A stretch of DNA of 64,000 nucleotides from Raillietiella orientalis (taxonomy: Eukaryota). Positions 11,530-24,585 of this stretch are shown here, one piece after another. Each line of letters starts with the position of its first letter. The first letter of the stretch is position 1. Position numbers and translations under genes: made by a program. The notes under the pieces were generated by a model, which saw only the letters and a program-made list of their open reading frames with translations, searched no databases and was not told the origin of the DNA. The stretch covers positions 620,001-684,000 of the forward strand of contig JAYWIR010000030.1 of the NCBI GenBank assembly GCA_036172245.1, given 5' to 3'.

Positions 11530-12230
11530 GGTCCGAACAGCATTAAACTCCTCGTGCTCGTAGCACAAGTTTCCTACCTCGCCAGTATTCCCACAGATTT
11601 GAAACATTACACTTGGGACGAAAGACGTTCACTAAACTATGCGAATTTAAGTACGCTCCTTGCACATGACTTCAAACTTATAGCTCTTCCCAATACCCCT
11701 GTGCCACATATGTCGGAGGGTTGAACTTTCGGGATGAACTTTCAGCGCTTACTTCAAAACGAGAGAGACATATTTACATCAGCAAGTCTCGTGGTAAGGA
11801 GCTCAAGTACTTCGAAAAACACGCCGAGGAATGCCAAAAAAAAAAAAGGAGGGGATACATGAACGTTTCCCTGTATGGATATTCCTTCTTCATTGTACGG
11901 TTATCATGTCTTTCAGCAAATGTCTCAGCGTAACCAGCAACGTGATAAGCGCCCCAGCTGAAGCAATAGTAGTCCAAAAAGATGAGGGGGAAGGCCCATG
12001 CCCTCTCATCTTTTTGGAAAGGAAAACCGGATTCTTACTTTTGGGTTCTTGTAAGAGAAAATGAAAAAAATACCGAAACACTACAAACCCTAAATGGTTA
12101 CACTGGCCAGTGCGCTAATGACGTTCGGAGTTATAGGATTGAGATCAACCCTTTACAACCACTACTTTATGAAGAGCTTCAAAACCTCAGGGAAAGCTGT
12201 GCTCACGGAAAGCTTTGCAACATAACTTAG
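11530..12230 (-). mobile_element. Second decayed hAT-like fragment related to the 10.6-11.5 kb copy
   Basis: Nucleotide similarity between ~10770-10855 and ~11855-11940 (ttccttcttcattg...ttcagc.aa.gtctcagcgtaaccag). Confidence 0.45.
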
Positions 12231-12565
12231 ATTTGCGCCATGAGTAATTTAAATTGGCTCTAGTTGCTCCTATTCACTGTACTTGTACGTCAAAAGATGC
12301 AGAAACAGGAAACTATACATATCGCGTTATTTTGGATATCTTACACCTGCAAATTTCAAAATTGATATTATGCATGCTTAGGATATCGACTGCATTGATA
12401 CTTGTTACATCTTACAGTCTCCCATTACGAAATGTGAATTACCCACGATCAATGTTCCCGTAATTTCATAAAACACAGAAGATGTTGTCAAATGCACAAC
12501 GAAATCAACAAGGCAGCTATTTTAGTGTCAAAAAGAAAAATCTCAAATGTATCAAACAATGTTGA

Positions 12566-15126
12566 CTAAAACAAGTGAGGGGTATTTTTTATGCATTCTT
12601 CAGGGTTCTCTTTATGCAACATAAAAAGCCCCTGGATGACTGCTGGACTAACAGGATGCTTCAGACCTTGAACAGCTTCAACAAATGCACCGATTTGTGA
12701 TGGTTCTGCTTGAGGATAGAAGTTCATAAACATTCTTTGCAGCTGATGGGTGCTGCAGAATCCTATGTACTCTTTGAAGTCAATCCGTCCTGGTCTAATC
12801 ATAGCAGCATCTAATCTAATACACAATGTTAAACTGAGAAGATTTCCATACTAAATAACCTGTCTACATGATTTGTAGTCATAAATAACAATCTTCCTTC
12901 TGAAGATGCAACTCCATCCAAACTATTCAGCAGTCCACTGAAGGTAATTCTATTCAGACCATCATAGGCAGTTTTCACTGTACATGCATTGCAATATATC
13001 ATAATTTGATATTTTGATAATACTTTGCTGTCCGATTTCCCTTGATGTAAATGCTGCATCTACGTCTTCCAAGAGAATAATACTCTGCTGAGGAGCAACA
13101 TTCAACAAATGGAATAATCTATCATCAGTCAAGCTATGATCACTCAAGTTCAATATACAAATAGAGTAATCTAATTTTCCTGCTAATGCCACAATAAAAG
13201 ATGACTTTCCACACCCAGGAGGTCCATACAAAAGATATCCTCTTTTGTACGGTATACCTAGAATAGAACTACTACCATCATGTCAGTCACAAAATCCATA
13301 TTCCACATACCACGGCTAGTGTACCACTCAGAATTATTAATGAACTCCTTAACATCTTCAAGAAGTCTTTCCGATATTCCTTCGTCTAATACAACTGAGT
13401 CCAATGGTCTTTTCCGTTTGGGATGTCCAAACTGACGCCACTCAGGACCCATAGCCATGTATGTGACAGTTTTACCCACTTGCTGTGCCAGTGCCAGCTG
13501 GCGAGCTGAAAGTCAAAACTGATGAAATAAAAGCTGAAAACGAAATGCATATTAAAAGCTTTTTAACTTATAAATAGAAACATCTAAATCAACTCGTTTT
13601 ACATTCTAACAGCTACTACCAAAGGGACGGGGGGAAGAACTATTTTTATTATGTAATATAAAATAGAATCAATGAAATTGAAAGCACCAGTAAAGGACCA
13701 ATAAGCCTCACGAAATTACTCTGCTTAATCCAGAAGTATTCCTATTCTTTGTGCTTACTAAGTCTCCACCAAAATTATAAAGCATTCTGTGAATCAAAAT
13801 TTCCATCAGTATACAAATGTATGCATTGAATCAGACACAATGAAAAAAGGCTAGCACACTTAACTAAAATAAACTTAATTTCGCATATCATACCACACTT
13901 TTCCTAATGTGATCGAACTATAATTTCTGTTCAATAGTTCCCTGCCAAATTAAACAAATCAATGATCAAATTTAACCAACATGTGAAATTAAAAAAATTC
14001 ACAAACAATTTTACATTATCTAATCTACGACTTCATCAATGACTTTATGTAGCTATTTCCATTTTCGGATGTGAGATAGTTTAACATTTGCTTAAGCTTA
14101 GATACAACTTGAAGAACAGAATATAACTATCAATTCTTCAAATTTTTTGATCTGCAATAGTGAAATTCTGTTCACTTTAAAAAATTCGGCATTCATCCAA
14201 ACAGCAACTTTCAGTGCGGAATAACTTTTCAACAAGTTGAACTGGTCATTTTCAAACATGCTTTACATTTAAAATATTTCAAGAATTTATCCACGCAAGT
14301 TCTTCTAAAACTTTATCTGCAACACTTTGAAGTGCAAAAGAAACTTTAAGAAAAATAACAAGAATAATAATAAGAAAAATAATGAATAAGAAAAATTACA
14401 CCATATATCTTCATTTCTAAGTTTATAAAAAGAACTTTCCCTAGAAAATAATACCATCATCTAAAATATTGAAAAACAGCTTCCTGTTGGTCCCAATTGA
14501 AGTCAAAGTTACAGTCTCCCAGGGTACTCCAGCATGCAGGTCAAGTGTGTGCTGCTCTCTGTTCCTATCAACTCGAATCCAAGTACCTCCATACCTATAG
14601 AACATAAAATTCAAAATTTACATCTGTACATGGTAATATTTGGCCACTGAACAAGAAAACAGATAAATTCCATGAGAGAGAAATTTTGCTTAATCAAATT
14701 AAAATACATGTTCAAAAATGATAATTGAAAATGCTACCTTAGTATATGAATTCCAATACTAGGTATGAAATCATATTGGGTTGAAATTTGCCCATTATCA
14801 TTCTGGCAAAATTTAGTCTTCACACTTAAATGCTGAGTGTGCTTGGATCCTCTTTCAGTGAACCATTGCAAAAACCATTCATAACTCTTATCTCTGCAAG
14901 GTATTTCTAACGTTATCATATAATGCCTTCTTATGAAAATACTTGTAACCTGCAGGTTTTATTAGTAAAAATGAACAAAATGAATGAAAGTTTTCTAATG
15001 ACTTAACATCAACACCTGTACTAATTTCCTACTTAAAGCTGCCAATGCTCCAATACCAAACAATCCAAATCCAGCTTCAAAGTATGGATTATTCTGGAGA
15101 TCACTCAAAATCGGGGGCAGTGGCAT
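12566..15126 (-). CDS. BCS1L: Mitochondrial chaperone BCS1 (AAA ATPase, complex III assembly), 7 exons
   Basis: Exons 15126-15016, 14949-14738, 14594-14455, 13505-13311, 13257-13024, 12977-12860, 12815-12566, all GT-AG and frame-consistent. Motifs: [21 protein letters not shown], Walker A GPPGCGKS, Walker [26 protein letters not shown]. Confidence 0.97.
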
Positions 15127-15699
15127 CAGAATTGTGTAGTATTCAAATTACCATTTTGGCAACTAAAACAACTGGTTGTCAATGATTTAAGTCTATTGGC
15201 ATCTAACATCAATTAAAAATCGATTAATTAGTGCCTCATTATTACTATTTATTTGAAGAGCATTTGCTATTCATTTTTGTGGGTCGAAACTCGGCAATTG
15301 TTGTTCAACGATTTTCATTTAGGATGTATGTTTTCTAACAGGGATCTACTAGTGCTCTATCAGTAGCCACCCCATCAGCCATGAGTGTGAGTGCAAGCTC
15401 AAAATTGTTATCGAGGCAGGAAATACTACGTTTAGGAAAATACCCTACGTGACATTACGCAACTGTAAATATAAAAAGAAAAAGAGAACTGTGAACTGCC
15501 TCTTACCATAGAAAAAGCACACTCATACACAAACATAGAAAGTGGCTAATATAACTTATTCACGAAAACGGTACATGCTGTCTACTACACAGCCATGGTA
15601 CTTTTGAAAAACTCTCTGCAACCACTGCAATAAGTCTTGTTATACAGATTCCCATGACCCCTGCAAATATTAGTAATAGAAGAGAGAGACGAAATCCGA

Positions 15700-16800
15700 C
15701 TTTACGATATTCATGTTCTTAATTGGGAAAACTTTGTACACAAATGGAAGAAAATGTAATATTTTAAATAAGCTTGAAACTCTTTGAAAAGCCAGTTTTT
15801 CCAGAAACGCAGACTAGCTTCCCGTCCAGTGTGTTTATTAAACATTGAAACAAACTGTATAAATCCATGTTCAGTATTAAAGACTGTTCTAGAATCTGTT
15901 TCAGAGAAATTCATGAATGTGCAGTGACATCGAATTAGCATTGAAACATCCTGCAAACTCTCAAAGATAAATCAACGCATACAGCTAGAAGAAGAAACTT
16001 TGCCATGGATAAACGAATAATCCTCCTTGAATTCAGACTGCTGAATATCAGAAGCATAAAAAGAGAATATTTTCTTCTTAGTGAATGGTCTGTATAAACA
16101 AAGCTACAAAATCCTGAATTAATATAAGTCCAGTAATAAAAAAAACAACACAAAATCGTCTGTTTGAGAATTCATTGACTTCCGTGGAATATGGGTACTA
16201 CAGAGAATCACTGAATTTATTGTGGCTTATTTAAGTTCAATTATATTCGTACCAGCAGATTATTATTCTGTTTTGAAACGAACCAGGAATGTTATCGTGA
16301 AATTGAGCTCGTATGGAATACACTGCTTTCAACGAATGCTAACTTACTTAATTCATCCAAAGGTGCTTCAAACTCACAATCATTGTGTAAAAAATTTGGT
16401 GCTTTCGAATAGAAGGCGACTACATGAGAAAAATTCGTAGCAGAAGCATAAAAAGAGAATATTTATATTAATATAGAGAATGTTCTTAGCAAACACATCT
16501 TGCAGTATGGCAGCTTTTGAGTGCAACTGTATTTTCCGAGAAAATCTTCATAGATGCTGCTCGCAAACGTATTTTCGAGATTAATGTGCAAGTTGGACAG
16601 GCATCTCCAGCTTTAATCTCACAGATCGATCTTTTTGCTGATTATACCCTTGATTCGTATACTGGTTGCTTCGTTATATGCCAGCTGATTTCTTGCTTAC
16701 TCGTATTCCTTTTAAATTGCAATTGAAGAATTTCTGTGGAGCATTCTCCGGAGCAATTCCTCAGGTGATGACGATAAAAAGTAAAACATCATTCAGTTCC
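15700..16800 (-). mobile_element. Possible highly decayed DNA transposase (Sola-like)
   Basis: Only faint motif resemblance: IYEDFLGKY...CKMC at ~16.5 kb and CHCTFMNFSETDS in ORF 15711..15956 (compare GHTFM..DS). Tentative. Confidence 0.2.
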
Positions 16801-19800
16801 TTATATAGGCGAGTTTTTATGCACAGAAGTTCACATGTGCAGATTGAGAGAAACACAAGCCATGAATTGCTTAATCATTGAATTGCTGCATTGTATTGTT
16901 TTTTTCGTTTGAAATCTGCTCATTCTTGAAAAAGAAGCAAGCAAGAGTAGGTTATGAAATAATTCAAAACAAGAACAAGAAACTCATTTCCAGGATTACA
17001 CTACAACAGTCGAATCAACTGTATCTACACACGTAAACCATTTTCTATAATGAAAATTTTTTCCCATTACCCATTTCATTTCCGATATCCATTTGACAGT
17101 TTGCTATGGTTTTCTGAGATCTGCACCAAAATGTGCTTCCAAATGAGAGAATGACGTTGGTATTGCAAATTTGCTCAAACAAAGTTCGAGTTTTAAGAAA
17201 ATCTCTGCTTAGAATCAAAATAGATTCTGATTTAGGAAAACTGTTCGTTTGAGAAGCTTGGGGATCTCCGAGCTGCATTTTAGTAAAAGAAAACTGCAAT
17301 TAAGTGAGGACAGTGCAGGAGGGAGTAAAAAAAATTTACTACTGCTGCTACCGAATTAGTTCAGCATCTCGAGACCTTTGTCTAAAGAAACAGAATTGCA
17401 TGGTGATAAGTTTTTTAAAAGAAAAAAATATTCATTCTGTCTGATGGAGAATGATCCTCATTTTTCATCTAGCTGCAATTCAATTCCACCTTTCCTAATG
17501 ACTTAAATAGTGCATGCTCACGTCACTAAATTTACAATTCTGTAACTTTCTGCTTTCTCACGCAGGAATTCAACTGTCTTCATAGTTGCATAAACTATAG
17601 TAGAATAAATCATCTTGTACGATCGAGAAATTCGACAGAAAAATCGGAAACATCTGATACATCTGCTGAAGTTCCATGCTGTATTTTTTCTTTTTTTAAT
17701 GAATTAGTTAAAATATCTGGAATAATATGTCAAAGTAATTAGTTTTTGAATAACAAGAAATATATCAAATTTTTGAAACATTTTAGATGCTTATCAGAGA
17801 ACTGTTTATAGCAAACACATATATTTAGCATGACGAAAAGAGATTAACTCGGCTACACTGATGATTTCTATAGATAAAGCATAACTAAACTTGTTCGAGA
17901 ATGCACTGCATGTTTGGGACTCTACACTTTAGAAGACAATATTTGGGGAACCCAGACATCTCTCGCTCCTTATCCGCACTGAAGTATGCATGCACTCAGT
18001 ACATTTGAAATATATTGAAATTTCTTTGAATGTAGCATCTTGTAGTGATCATGAATTGTGCACCTGAGTCATGTAGCTCATAGAGCGCCCTTGGCAGAGC
18101 AGGGCGAATTAAAAAAAAAAAAAACACTTTTCTAACAGCCTCCATTTGATGAGGGTGATGCTGATGAAGCTCTGGGCATATCGGTAATGTCATGCAACAC
18201 CTTTCTAACTGTAAACACATAAACAGAAGGGAAAACAAGAAGGCTTTTGTGGAGATTGCTGTGGTAAAGTTTCAAAGGTAAGCACTTTATTGGCTCTGCA
18301 AGGGTTTATGATTCCATTCGAGATTTGGTGCTACTTGTCTCTCAGTCAAGTATACAGTGCTACTCTTACTTAGATCAATGCTCCTGAAAATGCCTCGAAA
18401 ACTTGAGCGGCTTTCAATGATCCTGCTAATAACATTGCTGGTCGTCTCAGCCAAAGACAGCCCACCATAACTGATAGTCACTCTAAAGTTTAGAAAATCA
18501 CTGAAGCTTCAGGATTCAGATTATACATATCAAAATATTTCATAGTTGTAAAATTGAAAGTCAGTAGTCTAGTAAAGTCCCTAAATAATCAAATTGTTCA
18601 TCAAAATGTTTTGTAAAATGAAATGCCGTCATTTGCGGAGTAAATGTAAACTGCAGCGAAAAGTGGGACAAAACTGAATTGTGGAAATTGTAAATATTAG
18701 AAGTCATTTCGGTCCTAAAAAAGTTCCAATAGCTCTGAGGGAAATGAGCATATGATTCAAGTTTTGAAGAGATAACAACAATTAGAGAAACACGAGGTTC
18801 AGAAAAACACTAAAGACTACGTTGTAGAAGTACGATTGAATGCTGTAAAAACATTGGCGGGTTGGCGAGCTCAGTCAACACTATCAGTTCCATCTAGAAA
18901 CCTGGGTGGAAAAGAAATGATCAGATTTCTTCAAGAGTTGAAACATTTTCCATCTCGTGTGAACCCGAAGATCTGCTTCTCTCATTTACATATCACAGAC
19001 TTCAAAAATCGAAGTTGCGAGAATAAGAAGCTGCCATCTTGTTTCCTTCGACTTCCTCTTCGTGAAGGCTTCCTAAGAAAGAATGCAAAGCTAAGAGATT
19101 CACCATTCATAACTTATTGACCATTTGTATATCACTTTTCTTGTCTTCAAGCAATAATAGGTTGCAGCGGCTTTATGAACGTATTGGAACTCATTTAGAC
19201 CTTGCAAGTATGTTCAAGGAAGACACTTGTCGTTTCAAAACTCCAAATAAGGAATCTTTCTATTGGATCAGATTATAACAACATTTTCACATGATTCTTT
19301 TGTCAATGCCTTCTCATTTCAAAACACTAGTTTTTTAAGGGGTAGGGAGATGGGGGAATGGTGGGAGCATTTTCTCACAATGCACAATGCGATGCTAAGG
19401 GAAAATTTTGCAAACTCACGAGAGCTTTGCAAGATTGTCTGCATTAGAAGCATACTCTAAAAAATATTTGATGGCGTTCCTCTTCAGGACATCGTACATT
19501 TGTTTTGTTGAAGACCCAGCATGGAAAACCAATTTTTACATAGTTCTGGGAGCAAAAAGCTAACGAACAAATGGTTGGTCGACTTGTGTTTTGGAGTTTT
19601 AGTTTTAGTAATACCTAGAATGAAAGCAAGAAGACCCTGAAAGGCGAGTCTTGCATCCCCCTCCCTACATCCAGTCGTGATGCGGCAATACGTGCCTTTT
19701 CTGGAACAGCAACATGTTCGTTTTGGCAATTATTGAAATTTTCTGGTGAGAGACGACGCCCTTGCAACTGCTTCTGAGATGACCGTTGAAAGTGAAAATT

Positions 19801-22800
19801 CCAGATGAGAATCGAAATTCATTAGAGCCACAGCTTTTCAGATAAAGCACATTTTTTTTCGGAAACATTCCTCAGGTTCCTTCAGGTTTCTCAATGAACA
19901 CACAAAAACTCGAGAAAATGCCAGACCATATCTTACATAAATTTGATGGGACAAACCTCATATACAGAAAGCGAAAGTTGGGAAAGAGGACAAATGAATC
20001 GGTTGAGAAGGAGTAAAGCGGGCAGGTCATCCTCTCAATATTGTTGATTGCCGAGAGTCTGCTCCTTGGAGGATTGGGAATGAGTTGGGAAGAGGAGTTT
20101 GTTCACTGGTTCCATCCATTTCTTTTACGAACCCACGGTGTCCGGAATTATCTGGGGCACATCATTGCACCTTCATGAGTGTCATTACGGAAGCTTCGAT
20201 GCAACGCTATCATTTGCTTCAATTAGCCAATCCATCGTTATTGCCTTTACGAAGAAAAGAATTGCCATCGAGGCACTGCCTGTAGGATCGAATTGGTAAA
20301 CATCCTCTTGATGAGTTCTTTCAAATAACACATTTCATAGGGACAAAGTGTCATCACAATGCTTTCTGTTCTTCTTCTATGTCTAAGAGGATCCTCATAT
20401 GAAGAATTTGCTGCGACTTGTTCTAAATCAAAGTTTTTGAACAAAATTCATTGAATATGAGGCCTCATATTCGGTGATGTTTGGTGTTCTCATGTTGCTG
20501 TAGTGTTGTGAGTAGTATGTTGGTGGTGTCATTTCCAAAGTGCATTTCCAGGAAGGAGACCAATGTCTACTCAGCTTCCTCAGCGATGCCCAAAAAAAAA
20601 ATGAAAAAAACGCTCTAACTGCAATTCGAAACTTTTGTTTCCTCCGATAAACCTGTATCTCTTAGCCACCAACGATGCCACTGTCATCTGCAGAGGTAAA
20701 GTAGGACCCTAATTTGAAACCGAATGCTTCGTAACAGAATGTCTTTTCATACGTCTTCATCAAGTACAATTCGTTATATTTTGCATTACAAAAATTCCAG
20801 GTACATGCAATTCCTAGACCAACACAGTAGCTCTGAATTTATACAGTCACACACTATGCACTGATGACGGATGGAGTTGGGCAAACATTTGAATGTTCGC
20901 TCGACAAAGGGATCATGAATGCTTGCAGTCTGCTAGACTCAAATACCAATGTAAACAATTTGCAACGAATCACTCGTATTCGTGTACGTTGCTTTTGTTT
21001 GTAAGATTCTTTCCCTCGTATTCACTCAGTGATAGCAGAAGCTGTCTTTTAGATTCATTCATTTTTTTGCATGCTGTTTTTGTAACCTCAGCAAGACTTC
21101 TCACAGTAAAAAAAAATAACTTACTGCTTTCCTGCAGCAACTTCTGCTTTTCTATCAGCTCCTCCTGCTAACTTGGAACTTCTAATGCGGTAGAGCTGAG
21201 CTGTCTGCCTAGTGAGGTTTACGTTTGTAATCTACATTACACAAAAAGGGAATTTATATGCATTCAGTTGCGAACAAAGATATCTTTGTTGGAGGCAACA
21301 CTTGAAGTATCCATTTTTAGAATGGATGTATTCATCGTATACATGAAAGCACTTTCTTCATTATAATCTGATAATCACATGCCTTTCATTTTCAAAAATT
21401 TGACGAAAACTGTGTGATGAAATTTGTTCTCCAACAATCGAGCTTTAAACACTAAAAATCATGGCGACATAGGTTCTCAATCTCAAGAAGATAAGGAAAA
21501 TTACATTTCAGAACAAAAGGAAAATAAATACATGCCAAATAACAGTCATCTCATTAAACATGTTTTGAAAATGAAAACCACATCTGAAAAAAAGGGGGAA
21601 AAATTCTTGTAATCATGGTCAGAGTTAGAGCTAAACAATTATGTACTAGCAAAAATGTAAATAAATAAATAGATGTATATGAATTCAAATTTGCTGCAGG
21701 GCAAAGCTTATTATCACAATCTTTTCATTGCAAGAAAAGTAAAATATGAGGGGACCTGGTGAGATTCACAAAGAATAACGAAAGTTTCCAATACCCATGC
21801 ACGCTTCTTGTAGTCAATTATAATTCATATAAAAATGATCTACTAAAGCATTCTTTGAAGTGGAAAGTTATTCCTTCAGTATTTATCTTGAGGGCATTGT
21901 GACTATTCATGATTGTAATCTGTTTCTGATCTGAAACGTGTGCATTCTTTGAAAGCTAGAAGTATCCAAAAGCGACTAATCCACGAATACCTACATCAAA
22001 ATGCAGGCCATCGCACATGACCAAAGACATCGTTCGAGACCGATTTTACTGCCATATCTTGAAGAAATCTCCTTATAAAGACAACACTTGCTATTATCTG
22101 AATGGGATCATATGTTCGCCCTACAGACGTAATTTCTTTGCTAATAAATTCTGTGTGCAATCATCGTTTTCCTTTAAAACCAAGTATTGAATTGAATTGC
22201 AATAGTTCTTCAACAGCTGCTTACTACTGACTGAGGTCAACTCTTGTCTTTGAATATGGAGCCTTATATAAGTTCCGTATCGTTATTGTTCATTACTATA
22301 TCCCTGTTCCGGGTGTGTTTAAATTGCGAGCCTGCTGCCTCCCTGGCTTACAACATTGAAAATAACATTTCCAGAAAAGAAGATGAAAGGGCAAATATCA
22401 AAATTCATTAGACAAAAGATAACTAGTTAGCTAAGTTCAAGCTGAAATAGTACCGAAATCTCAAATTGTTTTAGGTACTGTAGGAAGAAAATACAAGAAA
22501 TCATTTAGATGACGATCATAAATCGAAGATCTTTTTAAAGAGCAGGCTGGAACCACGATTATTCTTGATGCCTGCCATGAATTTTCATTTTTGAATTGAA
22601 AGTTACTGTAATCAAAGTTTAAGCGAACATAAGCAATATTCCTTCATCATTAAAGAAAAACCGACATGATTGATCAAAAAAGAATACACTTAATCATCTC
22701 TAATTGAATGTTCCAATAGAAAACATACGCTGCCAGTTGTTCCCAAGTAAAAGTGTGTCAAAACAAAGCTTTGCTCGATTTGCATCTCAAGCAAACCAAA

Positions 22801-23110
22801 ATAAATCAATTTGCTTGGAGATGAATTTGCAATCATTAAGTTTTTATTTAAAATTTTTTTATTCTTGTCGAGAGGATAATATTTAGTGTATTTCCAAAAT
22901 GAACATCATGAAAAATATATTGTTCGAACAAAAGTCTACCGACATTATTATCCTAAAAATATTGCATTTGATCGTAAAGTATTTTGGAAGCTGGTAACCG
23001 TAAACGACAGAATCTTTAATTTTTGCTGTCTATCATGTAGGAAACTTTTGCCTCGCAAAATTAATGCAAGTATGTGGCAAAATTAGGGAGCAAATACAAT
23101 AAATTCGTAA

Positions 23111-24585
23111 ATGTCAGATACGATAGGATTAGAGATTATTTTTAATTTATCGAAAAGTGAGTTTCAAAGTAAAAATGATGTTTTAATTTGCTTCCTTCAC
23201 TGGCTTCTGATTTCCAAAGGCTTCAAATGTATCGGGACATCCGAAGAGGTATTCGTGCAGTTGGTTGTTTATTTTATGTGTTTTGCATTGAGTGTCAAAA
23301 ATGTACTTGTTTAAAGATATTTAATTTCCACGGTTTCATGGAAGGTTTTCAGGAAGATACTTCGAGTTGCTGGTATTTGTTAATTTTCTAATTTGTATAG
23401 CCCAAATCTCTGCACGTCTTCATGAGGAGTTTCAAAAAACATAATTATAAACCGTATATGCTAGCAGTTCTGTAATATCCTTGCTTTCGAAGTAAATAAA
23501 ATTGCAATTGCAAATAAGGAGGACCTATTTGCCTCTTTGTGTGGTTTTAGCACCCAAATCTGTTAGTTCCCAAAGCATCAAATAGCCCATGCCAAAGATC
23601 TTTTGGAATGGGCCAAAAGATCTTTAATTGTTCGAGATTCAGAAACTTCATATCGATGTTTATTGTATGATTAAGATAAGGTCTGCATTCTAGGTTGAGC
23701 ACATAGAAGAAAGTGAGCTGTTGCCAACCGGTTGGAATAATTCTTCGGAATTTTATTCTTTATACTATGTAAAAAATAATGAGAAGTACTGTTTGAAAGT
23801 GCTGTCAGCTGATGGGTTGTTGCTTTGTAATTTTATGGTAAGTGAGTAAGTAAAAATACACATTTACTTGGAAGATTATCAAATAGTATTGACTTTTGAT
23901 CAAATAAGTACTAACTATTAAATGTTTTATTTTCTAGAGATGCCATGATGAAAATGTAAGCACCACCAGTGTAGAAGTAGATTCTGTGATTGGGGACAAT
24001 TTCCAAAGTTTTAAGAGTGCATATGTTAATCCAATTTCATTGCAAAAAAAAATACACTGTGATTTAATCAGTCCTTTCTTGCTCAGTGAGACAAAGATAA
24101 ATAAACCCTGTAACCCTCAGTGTCAAAGTGAATCAGAGACTAGCTTTGATGAACCTAATCAAAACATTCCTTTAAGGTTATTCTAATTATTTATTGTATT
24201 TCTTCGATACATATTTAATCATGTGCAGGTTTCCTCTGCGGCAGTCATATGACCATTTCCCCCAAGTTGGAAGGCAAGATTTAGACCCACTATCTCCAGA
24301 TGTAAGTGGAGGCATGTTGATGGATCCCCACAGCCTAAACCGTATCCGTGTATTTCCTCCAGAGAGAACATATCTTAATCGGTATTATATTCTGTAGACC
24401 TTCTCAACCATTTTGATATTTGTCTTAGTATTATGGTGCCACCAGGAGCACGTTTTGATCCCATAGGTCCTCCTAGTCCGAATGTGCCCCTTCCTCGCAG
24501 GAACGATGATTATAGACCTGGAAGGTTTGGAATTCCTGATCCTGATCATTTACCACCTCCAGGATTTGATGACATGTTTAATTGA
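23111..24585 (+). CDS. PSMF1: Proteasome inhibitor PI31 subunit, 5 exons
   Basis: Exons 23111-23248, 23694-23837, 23938-24176, 24229-24381, 24429-24585. Motifs: GLEIIF...DVLICFLHW, SELLPTGWN, VGRQDLDPL, GGMLMDP, VPPGARFDPIGP, PDPDHLPPPGFDDMFN*. Confidence 0.95.

Noticed and set aside
19484..19870. LLPELC (PAZ-like) motif and a mariner-like FHFQRSSQKQLQGRR stretch
   Set aside because: Isolated short resemblances with no supporting flanking motifs.
20100..20250. YLGHII gypsy RT-like motif
   Set aside because: A single motif followed by a stop; too little to call an element.
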